From the IMG/VR virus record IMGVR_UViG_3300044953_000549, positions 1-56,079 of that record: 56,079 nucleotides of DNA, one strand, 5' to 3'. Positions 28,653-36,833 of the stretch are shown here, piece after piece; the stretch's first letter is position 1; every line of letters starts with the position of its first letter. Source of the stretch: a virus. Its lineage: Duplodnaviria; Caudoviricetes. The translations under genes and the position numbers were made by a program. Under the pieces are notes generated by a model that was not told where the DNA came from, did no database searches, and saw only the letters and a list, made by a program, of their open reading frames with translations.

Positions 28653-28954
28653 AGAACTATAGATTATATATTAGTAATAATAAAAGCTATGAGTTTGATA
28701 ATTATGAAGAATTTAAGAGATTAATTCGAATGAAGAGGTACAAACTACTTATAGATGATAAAAGTTATGATTTTAATAATTATGAGGAATTTAGGAGATT
28801 ATTCAATAAAATAACCATAAACATAAGAAAATATAAGGGTTTTGTTTTGCATTTCTATGCTGATAAAAATGAATCAAATATAGAATATAAGAGAATGTGG
28901 GAAATTCTTAATAACAATAAAAACAAAATTTTATTGTATCGGATATTAATATGA
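28649..28954 (+). CDS. hypothetical protein with duplicated N-terminus
   Basis: KNYRLYISNNKSYEFDNYEEFKRL / KRYKLLIDDKSYDFNNYEEFRRL. Confidence 0.65.
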   Translation: MKNYRLYISNNKSYEFDNYEEFKRLIRMKRYKLLIDDKSYDFNNYEEFRRLFNKITINIRKYKGFVLHFYADKNESNIEYKRMWEILNNNKNKILLYRILI

Positions 28955-29223
28955 GGTTAAAGAAAATGAAAAATAAATTATTACTAGTTAGTTGTATTTT
29001 AATTCCTTTTACAGTTCTTGCTAATACTATTAACGATATAAAGGAATTACGAGCTAAGATAAAAGAAACAGCAGAAGAAATTAGAATAGTTTGTGAAGGG
29101 TATACTAGATATCCAAATAGGGTCGGTCAAAATAATATATATTATTGTAATTATCTGGAAAAGGAAGTGAATGAGTATATTAAAAAAGTTCTAGAATTAG
29201 AAAATAATTTAAAGGAAAAATAA
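28951..29223 (+). CDS. small exported protein (signal peptide)
   Basis: MKNKLLLVSCILIPFTVLA followed by a helical domain with two Cys. Confidence 0.6.
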   Translation: MRLKKMKNKLLLVSCILIPFTVLANTINDIKELRAKIKETAEEIRIVCEGYTRYPNRVGQNNIYYCNYLEKEVNEYIKKVLELENNLKEK

Positions 29224-29224
29224 A

Positions 29225-29617
29225 ATGATAAATGACAAACACACTAATAATTCTTATGAAATACGCAGAGAAATAGAAAAATGTTATAACAATGAACAAA
29301 TTGAGAATATATTAAAAAGTTTCTCTAAGTTATGCACAAATATCAAGGAATTAACACCGAGAGATTTTGTAGAATGTGCAATACAGCTTATAAATTCGCT
29401 CCCTACTATGAATGAAGTCATAGCTTTGAAAATAGTAACTTATTTATATTCTATATTAGAGTATTTACCTGAATATGAGCTACATCATATATTAGGTATT
29501 AATAATACATATGGGGAAAGTAAATATAAATTACTTGATTTTCTAGTATATCCTTCAATTAAAAAGAAAATTAAAATGTTTATAGAGTATAGTAAATTAC
29601 AGAAGCAAGATAAATGA
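29225..29617 (+). CDS. early hypothetical protein
   Basis: 130-aa coupled ORF. Confidence 0.6.
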   Translation: MINDKHTNNSYEIRREIEKCYNNEQIENILKSFSKLCTNIKELTPRDFVECAIQLINSLPTMNEVIALKIVTYLYSILEYLPEYELHHILGINNTYGESKYKLLDFLVYPSIKKKIKMFIEYSKLQKQDK

Positions 29618-29835
29618 ATATAGTTGAAATAATGAAAATTGCTGAAAATAAAGATAAATTAAGACGTAAAGAATGGGGAGAGACAGGAAGTAGGGGAGCA
29701 TCAATATTATTTTTATATAAGAATGATGAGAAATACATTCCTATTTACTATCAAGGAGCTCAACCTTGTTTTAGATTAAGTACTTTTTTAATAAAAGAAG
29801 ATTATATAGCTGATGACTGGGAGATAGTAGAATGA
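29614..29835 (+). CDS. DUF2829/Tad2-like protein 1
   Basis: MNIVEIMK...LRRKEW...EDYIADDWEIVE. Confidence 0.7.
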   Translation: MNIVEIMKIAENKDKLRRKEWGETGSRGASILFLYKNDEKYIPIYYQGAQPCFRLSTFLIKEDYIADDWEIVE

Positions 29836-30200
29836 GTAAAGAATTAATAGATGAATTGAAAAATATTATTAGAGCTAATCCAACACTGGATTTAATAGAA
29901 GAAAGAAGAGAAAGAGAAGTTTTGTATATACTATATATAAATGATTCAACACAAACAGCAGTTACAGTAAATACAAGAAATGAATTTAATATCAAAACAT
30001 TAGAGCAAATAATAGATGACGATAAAACTAGATATGAAGCACCTACTAAAGAACAACTATGTAAATTCTATCTTGAATTTATTAAGAACAATAGCGGTCA
30101 TGATTTAGTTTTTGATATTGACGGTTCTATATACAGGAAAATAAAAAAGGTTAGTAAGGAGTTAAACTTTATAATATATGAATATTTAATAAACAGGTAA
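29832..30200 (+). CDS. early hypothetical protein
   Basis: ATGA-coupled ORF. Confidence 0.6.
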   Translation: MSKELIDELKNIIRANPTLDLIEERREREVLYILYINDSTQTAVTVNTRNEFNIKTLEQIIDDDKTRYEAPTKEQLCKFYLEFIKNNSGHDLVFDIDGSIYRKIKKVSKELNFIIYEYLINR

Positions 30201-30204
30201 TAGA

Positions 30205-30480
30205 ATGACAATAAGTAAAGAAAGAGTAGAAGAGTTAAGGTCTATATTTTTAAATAATTTACGTAAAGAATTTGAAGAAGAAATATCTTATCATATAGAC
30301 GAGCTTGGTAAAAATCCTGAAAAATTTTTTAAATCTTATTACAAAACTTTAATGAAGGATTGTATGGAAGAAAGAGGTTTAAGAAGTATTAATGGTTATA
30401 TAGGTATTGAATTTCCATTAAGATTAAATGATTTTACAGAAGAAGAAATTAAATATTTAGAAGAGGATAAAAGAAAATGA
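30205..30480 (+). CDS. early hypothetical protein
   Basis: ORF with CAGGTAA RBS. Confidence 0.6.
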   Translation: MTISKERVEELRSIFLNNLRKEFEEEISYHIDELGKNPEKFFKSYYKTLMKDCMEERGLRSINGYIGIEFPLRLNDFTEEEIKYLEEDKRK

Positions 30481-30653
30481 AAACAAAAATAAAACAAATT
30501 GAAAGAGATTTTTACGAACTAGATAATTTATGTAATTCGTGTAGTTCCCCTCTACCTGTGTTTGATATGTTAACAATTAAAATAGGTAATTCAAGATATG
30601 GTTCGCCTCTTTGTATTAATTGTCTTAATGAAAGAGGTATTAGTTATGAATAA
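30477..30653 (+). CDS. 58-aa CxxC...CxxC zinc-finger-like protein
   Basis: Manual translation: LCNSCSSPL...LCINCLNE; ATGA overlap with the upstream stop. Confidence 0.6.
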   Translation: MKTKIKQIERDFYELDNLCNSCSSPLPVFDMLTIKIGNSRYGSPLCINCLNERGISYE

Positions 30654-30834
30654 AGTAAAATTAAGAAACAAAATGCGAATAGGTGAAATAGAATTTGATG
30701 TTGTTGTACTTGATAATGGAGAAAGAGTGATAACAGAGGAAAGTTTACAAAAATTTATTGATGCAATGAAACTAGGAAACAATAAAGAAGTTAAAAAATT
30801 AATGAAGGATATTAGGATACATTATGTTGATTAA
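30646..30834 (+). CDS. small protein resembling the N-terminal part of P63C-domain proteins
   Basis: IGEIEFDVVVLDNGERVITEESL; GAGGT RBS favours a start at 30646. Confidence 0.5.
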   Translation: MNKVKLRNKMRIGEIEFDVVVLDNGERVITEESLQKFIDAMKLGNNKEVKKLMKDIRIHYVD

Positions 30835-30902
30835 ATACGCAATAATGTTATTAATTGTATTAACATTCGTAATAACAGCTACTTTTATTTTAAAATTTAT
30901 TT

Positions 30903-31145
30903 TTGATAAAAATAATTAAAACTATGGAATCACAATTTTGGACTACTAAAAATAGTAGAAAATTAAAAATCACTAATATCCGTGATGATCATTTAATAAA
31001 TATACATAAAATGCTATTGCGTAAAGACTTACATATTTACGAAATTAATTATGAAATGAGACGTAGAGGTTTTCTTCCAATTTCACCTGTAATTGAATTA
31101 TGGGAAATAGAACGTTTTCAAAATAGTTATGATGATCAATTATAA
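30903..31145 (+). CDS. small phage protein
   Basis: WTTKN...I..I.DDHLINI.KML motif. Confidence 0.6.
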   Translation: MIKIIKTMESQFWTTKNSRKLKITNIRDDHLINIHKMLLRKDLHIYEINYEMRRRGFLPISPVIELWEIERFQNSYDDQL

Positions 31146-31154
31146 AACAGGTAA

Positions 31155-31529
31155 GTGAAAATGAACATAATCGAAGCATTAAATGAAGTTAGGGATGGTA
31201 ATACAGTAACCCGCATAAACTGGTTTGATAATATTGTCGTTATGCTTTCTTCAGAAACTGGAAAAATAGTTGTACATAATACATGTACCAATGAGGACTT
31301 GGACTATCTTTTTACCGCAGACGATGTACAAGCAGATAATTGGGTAATAAAGCACTATAGACGACCATTGACTTTTGTTGACGCATTTAAAAAAGTTAAA
31401 AATGGTAAGAAAGTAAGAAGAAAAGTTTGGAATGATGATTGTTATATAACAGGTGATACTAGATTAAACAGTTTCTTCTTAGCAGAGGAAGATTTACTGG
31501 CTAATGATTGGGAGGTTATAGAAGCATGA
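31155..31529 (+). CDS. tandem two-domain DUF2829/Tad2-like protein
   Basis: MNIIEAL..V.DG..V.R.NW...DVQADNW plus LTFVDAF..VKNGKKVRRKVW...DLLANDWEV. Confidence 0.8.
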   Translation: MKMNIIEALNEVRDGNTVTRINWFDNIVVMLSSETGKIVVHNTCTNEDLDYLFTADDVQADNWVIKHYRRPLTFVDAFKKVKNGKKVRRKVWNDDCYITGDTRLNSFFLAEEDLLANDWEVIEA

Positions 31530-31753
31530 ATATAATAGAAGCAATTAATAGCTTGAAAGAAAATCCTGAATTGGCAATGAAATCAAAATATTTTACAATA
31601 ATATATGATGCTGATAAGAATGTTTTTTATCAACTTGAATATTACGAAAGAGGTGATGGGTTATTTGATGAAGAATTTTCTAGAATTGATATAGAAGAAA
31701 ATATCTTTTGTTTAAAAGATATTTTAAACAATGATTGGGAGGTGGTGGAATGA
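31526..31753 (+). CDS. DUF2829/Tad2-like protein 3
   Basis: MNIIEAINSLK...DILNNDWEVVE. Confidence 0.6.
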   Translation: MNIIEAINSLKENPELAMKSKYFTIIYDADKNVFYQLEYYERGDGLFDEEFSRIDIEENIFCLKDILNNDWEVVE

Positions 31754-31848
31754 GTGATATAGAAATTATAATGTTAATACATACAATAATTTTAATTGTT
31801 GGGATAATAGGTCTTGGACTTAGTTTTTGGTATAATATGAATAATTAG
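31750..31848 (+). CDS. 32-aa single-TM peptide
   Basis: MSDIEIIMLIHTIILIVGIIGLGLSFWYNMNN, ATGA-coupled. Confidence 0.45.
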   Translation: MSDIEIIMLIHTIILIVGIIGLGLSFWYNMNN

Positions 31849-31986
31849 CAGGACAAAATGTATACAATAAACTTTTTTAATTTAGCGGAAATAGAACGTA
31901 AACAATATAAACATCCTAGCTGTAATCTTTGCAATACATTTTACGAAGAAAAACGATTATATTTTGAATTTAAATTAACAAACCTG

Positions 31987-32130
31987 TTGATTTTCTTATG
32001 TTTTTATGTTATATTGTGGTTATCATAAAAGTTAATCTGTTGTTTTTTTCTTGGTATAAAATTACTAAGAAAAAATTTTTATAAGTATAAAAAGAACCTT
32101 GAATGACTAAGGTTCTTTTTTTTATTTCTA
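31987..32130 (+). ncRNA. predicted small RNA B (sister of A)
   Basis: TTGATT-17-TATATT (TGn extended); 48-bp identity with A; terminator at 32089-32123. Confidence 0.55.
32089..32123. terminator. intrinsic terminator, copy 2
   Basis: AAAAAGAACCTT-GAATGACT-AAGGTTCTTTTTTTT. Confidence 0.8.
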
Positions 32131-32355
32131 TTTCTTCTATAAATTACCGATAAAAATTCTTAATAAATTTCCCTTACCTAAAACCAATATTAAATTTCTT
32201 AAACCTTAATAATTTTGAAAAATTTTATGAAATTTCTATTTTTAATTTAGACATCAAAGATACAAGCAAAAATTATCATCAAAACTATCATCAAAATTAT
32301 TGAATATTTCATCATACTAAAAATATAAAATTTTACTCTGATTTTAGACACTCCC

Positions 32356-32692
32356 AAAAAAGTTGGAAGACGCTCAACACCAGTTAAATAAAGGGGTTCA
32401 ATGGATATATAAAAAACCCGTCTTTCAACAAGAAAACCAAAATTGGAAGACGCTCAACACAAGGATATATAAAGGTTTTAAGGGGAATCTTCCAATCTTC
32501 CAACTTTTTTAGAACAGTGTCTATATATATTAGAGAAAATAAAAATATCTATTTTCTTATTTTTCAATTATTATAATTATTTTTCTATATACACATACAT
32601 TAAAAAAAGTTGGAAGATTGGAAGATTATACCTTGAATACAAGTTGAATAAAGGTTTTCAGCATCTTCCAACTTTTTTACCTAGTTGGAAGA
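32356..32692. repeat. iteron array 2 (TTGGAAGA), putative replication origin
   Basis: 8 exact TTGGAAGA/TCTTCCAA copies; perfect 25-bp inverted repeat 32486-32510 / 32603-32627 around an AT-rich core. Confidence 0.7.
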
Positions 32693-32984
32693 CACACCTA
32701 TATTGAAGATGTAAAATCATTTTTACATTCTAATTTTTATAAACAAATTGTACACCACATTGATAATGAGCCTTATATAAATGAAGAAAGAATATTTGGG
32801 ATTATTATAACTTCACATAATGAAATTATTTATAAAAAGTTACTTAGAAATTGGTTTTGTGATGATAAATATTTAGCAATACATAGTAATATTGATAATA
32901 AAACCATTTATAAAACGGTTAATGATAAAGAAATTATTGAAGATTTGGTTTTAGTTTGTAATAAGGGATTGTTAGAATAATAAA

Positions 32985-33194
32985 ATGAACATTAAACAAC
33001 TTATAGAACAAAATAAAGTTCAATATGATTTAACAAATAAAGATAAAACAAAAATTTTAAATATCCGTGATGGATTATATAAAGTATTTGATGATAAAAC
33101 TAATACTTGGGTTAAATATAATTTAGATGATTTAGAAAAATTAAATTTTGAACTTTTTATACAAATTTTATTTGATGATTGGGAGGTAATATAA
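32985..33194 (+). CDS. divergent DUF2829/Tad2-like protein 4
   Basis: MNIKQLI...ILFDDWEVI. Confidence 0.45.
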   Translation: MNIKQLIEQNKVQYDLTNKDKTKILNIRDGLYKVFDDKTNTWVKYNLDDLEKLNFELFIQILFDDWEVI

Positions 33195-33407
33195 ATGAAA
33201 AGATTAGAGATACTTATAGACGAGAAAAATGATAGATTTAAGATACTTAACCACGACAATCTGAACTATTCCGATGTTACAAGATATCTTGCGGATTCTA
33301 TGGTACATATTATAAACGATAATTATATGGGTGATAAAATTCAATTTCTTGAAGATTTACTAGAACCAATGAAACAGGATTTAATAAACTTGAATAAAGA
33401 AAAATAA
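33195..33407 (+). CDS. early hypothetical protein
   Basis: GGAGGT RBS. Confidence 0.65.
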   Translation: MKRLEILIDEKNDRFKILNHDNLNYSDVTRYLADSMVHIINDNYMGDKIQFLEDLLEPMKQDLINLNKEK

Positions 33408-33410
33408 ATA

Positions 33411-33470
33411 TAATATTTTGTAGACAATTTAATATTTATTGTTGACAGATATAAAAACAACTACTAATAT
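33411..33470 (+). promoter_or_regulatory. early promoter 2 (duplicate of promoter 1)
   Basis: TTGTAGACAA box, TTGACA-17-TAATAT. Confidence 0.8.
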
Positions 33471-33509
33471 ATAAATACGAACACAAAAATAATTAAAAAG
33501 GTAAACATC

Positions 33510-33821
33510 ATGAAAATTAAAGACGACATACTACTAGAATATATTAAACCTCATATATCAGAGAAAGTATACAATTTGTTATATGATAATATTAATGAAC
33601 CAAAAGAATATAAGGTTGCTTTTAAAGAAGCAGAAAAAAAAACATCAGAAGATTACAGTATAATTTTTCATTCTCTTACGGAAAGTTTTTATTTTCTAAA
33701 AAGCAATCTGATTATCAATTTATTGAAAATGTCTAATATATTTGATTCCATAGAAGTTTCATTAATAACAGTTCAAGGTGATAAACTATTGTTTAAGTTC
33801 AATGTAAAAGATTTATATTAA
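33510..33821 (+). CDS. early hypothetical protein
   Basis: Shared GAACACAAAAA...AAGGTAAA leader. Confidence 0.65.
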   Translation: MKIKDDILLEYIKPHISEKVYNLLYDNINEPKEYKVAFKEAEKKTSEDYSIIFHSLTESFYFLKSNLIINLLKMSNIFDSIEVSLITVQGDKLLFKFNVKDLY

Positions 33822-33825
33822 AATT

Positions 33826-34308
33826 ATGAATAACAATCAGGAAGAAAAATTAAAAATACAAATAGATGATTTTATCTTAAATATGAAATTCAAGGATTTA
33901 TTGCATACATATTTTAAGGATACGCACCCATTTTTAAATAGAATAAGTATAAAAGAAATAGATTCAGGTTTTGTTTTTAATGAAGATGAAAGTTTATTGG
34001 CTAGAATGGAAACATATCAATATCATTGTTTTAATGAAGATAGTAATAAGGATTTGTTAATAATTTCAGACACAATTAAAAATATTTTTAATAATCTAGA
34101 AGAAAAAGCAAAATATATTTTTAATCCTTTGTATTCAGAAATGAATATCATCTTTATAAGAGAAGAAATAAACTATCAATGTTTTATAAATCAAATTACA
34201 AAAAGAAGATGTATTCTAGTAATGGGTAGATTTGGGTTTTACAATATATTAACAAATAATGATTGTAAAACAGTTAAAACAGAGGACGGACAAGAAGTGC
34301 CATTATAA
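33826..34308 (+). CDS. early hypothetical protein
   Basis: 160-aa ORF. Confidence 0.6.
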   Translation: MNNNQEEKLKIQIDDFILNMKFKDLLHTYFKDTHPFLNRISIKEIDSGFVFNEDESLLARMETYQYHCFNEDSNKDLLIISDTIKNIFNNLEEKAKYIFNPLYSEMNIIFIREEINYQCFINQITKRRCILVMGRFGFYNILTNNDCKTVKTEDGQEVPL

Positions 34309-34324
34309 AAATAGTGTTAATATT

Positions 34325-34717
34325 ATGCCTAAGAAAAATATAAAAATAGATGATATACATGTTCATATAGGTAACAAAATAAAAATATACCGATATGAGA
34401 TAGGGTTATCAAGAAGTGAATTAGCCCCTAAAATTAATATCAGTCAACAGCAATTAACTAAGTATGAAGCAGGAGTAAATAAAATATCTGTCGGTAGATT
34501 GCTTCTACTTGCTAATGTATTAAATAAAAATATAACAGATTTTATATATACTGATGAATGGGAAATTAATACGGAAAATCTATCACGTATTGATATGGAG
34601 ATATTATGTAATTTAAGTAGTATTAAAAATCCTGAACTAAAGGAAAATATTAATACATTAATAAAAACAACAATTAAATCATATGTTGATACAACAGAAA
34701 TTAAAAAGTTTGGATAG
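34325..34717 (+). CDS. XRE-family HTH regulator of alphaproteobacterial type
   Basis: HIGNKIK.YR...GLSRSELA..INISQQQLTKYEAGVNKISVGRL; likely start ATG 34325. Confidence 0.88.
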   Translation: MPKKNIKIDDIHVHIGNKIKIYRYEIGLSRSELAPKINISQQQLTKYEAGVNKISVGRLLLLANVLNKNITDFIYTDEWEINTENLSRIDMEILCNLSSIKNPELKENINTLIKTTIKSYVDTTEIKKFG

Positions 34718-34737
34718 TAAAGAAATAGAGGTTTTAA

Positions 34738-34965
34738 ATGAGTATAATAATTATTATTGCTATTATAACAATAGGTCAGATAGCAATAGCTATAATGATA
34801 AGCAGTAATATTGATGATTGTGATAGATATAGACGTAACGAGCAATACGGTATTAGTATTAATGTTATAGATAATATAAAAAGAAAATCCGTTATTATAA
34901 GTAAACTGAGTAAATTAATAATATTATTACTTGGTATTGTGTGGGGATTTATAATAATTAAATAA
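34738..34965 (+). CDS. small two-TM membrane protein
   Basis: Hydrophobic N- and C-termini. Confidence 0.55.
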   Translation: MSIIIIIAIITIGQIAIAIMISSNIDDCDRYRRNEQYGISINVIDNIKRKSVIISKLSKLIILLLGIVWGFIIIK

Positions 34966-35067
34966 TTATGGTAATTAAACTGATTGTAATAGCTTTATTA
35001 CTTGTTTTTATAGTTGGGATTGGAACATATATAATGAAGCTGATATTTGATAAAGAGGACTAAATAT

Positions 35068-36081
35068 ATGAAATTTACAAAAATAAAAAACTTTACAGAA
35101 ATTAATGAAGTAAGAATTAAAACATCTACTTCAAAAGGTGAGGTAACTAATAAACTTGTTATCTATATTGGTAAGGAGATAGCAGATAAATATTTTAGTG
35201 AAAGCAACTATGTAAATGTTAGAGTAGTTAAAGATAAATTAGGTAAAAATGATATTCATTTATTTAAAGCTATTGATGGTTCTGATTTAAGAAAATACAA
35301 GTTCGCTGTAACAGGTAACGGTACATGCCAGACGAGAAAACTATTAATCAGTATGCCTGTTGATGTAGATATGAACAATTATATAATTAATAAATCTGTT
35401 ATATACTCTAATATTGATAATACTCTGATACTTCATATAGATAGTAAAAGTAAAATATCTAAGAAAACCAATAAAAGTAAATTAATTGTAAACGGTATAG
35501 ATCAGGCAACCTTAGATAAGCAGTTTCAAAATAAATTCAATGAGTTGTATGATGAAGAATATAATAAATATGAAGCATTAGGACAACCTATAACTAGAGC
35601 TGTTAGAAAAGCAAGAATGGGAACTGAAAATAATATTGATTCTATAACCTCACATAAACAAAAAAGAGATAAATTAATTGAGTTGTATGGAATAAGAGAG
35701 GATCTCGATTCAAACAACCAATATCATTATGAAGAATTAAAAAAGTTAGTGTGGGAAACAATACTTCGTTTAGATTTTCTGGATAAAAAAGTTGATTTTC
35801 TTTCTCCTATTTGTAAAGCTATGGATAGGTTAGAAGATAAAATAGACGTTATTACATCTAAAAATACTACTAATGAAACTAATTCAAAAGAATTAAATAA
35901 TCTAGGTTATGATAAATTAACACAAGATTTAAGAGATCGTCAGCTTTATACAGAGAAAATACTATTTGAATTAATAGAACATAAAAATACAAATTTAAAA
36001 AGATTATGTGAAATTGAGAATAAAGTTAAAAACATTAAAGAATATAAAAGAAGTCTGTTTGATAGGATATTCGGGGATTAA
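35068..36081 (+). CDS. hypothetical protein (beta N-domain plus coiled coil)
   Basis: Long ORF; GAGGA RBS favours ATG 35068. Confidence 0.7.
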   Translation: MKFTKIKNFTEINEVRIKTSTSKGEVTNKLVIYIGKEIADKYFSESNYVNVRVVKDKLGKNDIHLFKAIDGSDLRKYKFAVTGNGTCQTRKLLISMPVDVDMNNYIINKSVIYSNIDNTLILHIDSKSKISKKTNKSKLIVNGIDQATLDKQFQNKFNELYDEEYNKYEALGQPITRAVRKARMGTENNIDSITSHKQKRDKLIELYGIREDLDSNNQYHYEELKKLVWETILRLDFLDKKVDFLSPICKAMDRLEDKIDVITSKNTTNETNSKELNNLGYDKLTQDLRDRQLYTEKILFELIEHKNTNLKRLCEIENKVKNIKEYKRSLFDRIFGD

Positions 36082-36083
36082 TT

Positions 36084-36317
36084 ATGGACAATAAAATACA
36101 TAGTATTCCATATGAAATAAAATCAATGAAGAAACTGGCGGAAAATATTGCGTATGTTAATAAAAGTAAGGGTGCTTTTGTAATTATTCTTGAGAAGGAT
36201 GATACAGTACGTATGGGTTGTAGCGGTCTTACTTTCCATGAACAGAAAGAAGTTTTAACTGTTGCAATATATAATGTCTATGATAAGGATAAACAAATTA
36301 AAATAGAGTATGAATAA
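36084..36317 (+). CDS. hypothetical protein
   Basis: Coupled ORF. Confidence 0.6.
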   Translation: MDNKIHSIPYEIKSMKKLAENIAYVNKSKGAFVIILEKDDTVRMGCSGLTFHEQKEVLTVAIYNVYDKDKQIKIEYE

Positions 36318-36639
36318 CACAATAAACGATTTATTATTTGAAATAGATTTTTGTTTAGATAGTATTTTCCCTATAGAAGAAAGAGTTACTAAAAAACAAA
36401 GTATAGAAAGAATATTATTAACAATAAGTCAATTAAGAGGACAATTATTATCTATGAGAGATGATATAGTTAGAGATAATGATATTAAAGGACGTAAAGA
36501 ATTGTACCATCCTCTTGAAGCATTACCTTTAGAATTAATGCGAAATTTATACAACGATATGCCCGATAATTTAGCTGAAAAACATTTTGATTCTACAACA
36601 TATAATAAATGTAGTAAAAGAAATAGAGGTGTTATATGA
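36310..36639 (+). CDS. hypothetical protein
   Basis: Coupled ORF. Confidence 0.6.
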   Translation: MNNTINDLLFEIDFCLDSIFPIEERVTKKQSIERILLTISQLRGQLLSMRDDIVRDNDIKGRKELYHPLEALPLELMRNLYNDMPDNLAEKHFDSTTYNKCSKRNRGVI

Positions 36640-36833
36640 CAATAACACGATCAATAGCTGTTCATATAAAGAAAGGTAGCAGTCTTTTTGATTTTATTAG
36701 TGAAGTAGAAAGCAAAACAACATTAAGTAGTAAGGAGATACTAGAGTTTCTTATAAACTGGGCGTACGAAGATTATTTTTATAATGATGTTGATCGTTTG
36801 CTGGAATTAATGGATAGTAGGAGGTTAAAATAA
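36636..36833 (+). CDS. small protein, possibly RHH-like
   Basis: RSIAVHI strand followed by two helices. Confidence 0.45.
   Translation: MTITRSIAVHIKKGSSLFDFISEVESKTTLSSKEILEFLINWAYEDYFYNDVDRLLELMDSRRLK

Larger units (their letters stand above)
31983..32700. mobile_element. non-coding insertion cassette: small RNA B plus iteron array 2
   Basis: Boundaries set by the split gene; starts 4 bp before a -35 box and ends 8 bp after the last full iteron. Confidence 0.7.
31858..32980 (+). pseudogene. paralog of the 28048 gene, split by a ~718-bp insertion
   Basis: 5' half MYTINFF...FEFKLTN (31858-31982); 3' half IEDVKSFLHSNFY...GIIITSHNEIIYKK...* (32702-32980); the halves join in frame to about 134 aa. 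Confidence 0.85.

Noticed and set aside
25129-32692. Iteron clusters as CRISPR arrays
   Set aside because: Repeats are 8-11 bp, in both orientations and irregularly spaced; there are no cas genes, and DUF2800 is a standard phage replication-module nuclease
31983-32700. Insertion as a group I/II intron or IS/MITE
   Set aside because: No recognisable intron core or splice-site consensus, an internal sense-strand terminator, no terminal inverted repeats, no clear target duplication and no transposase
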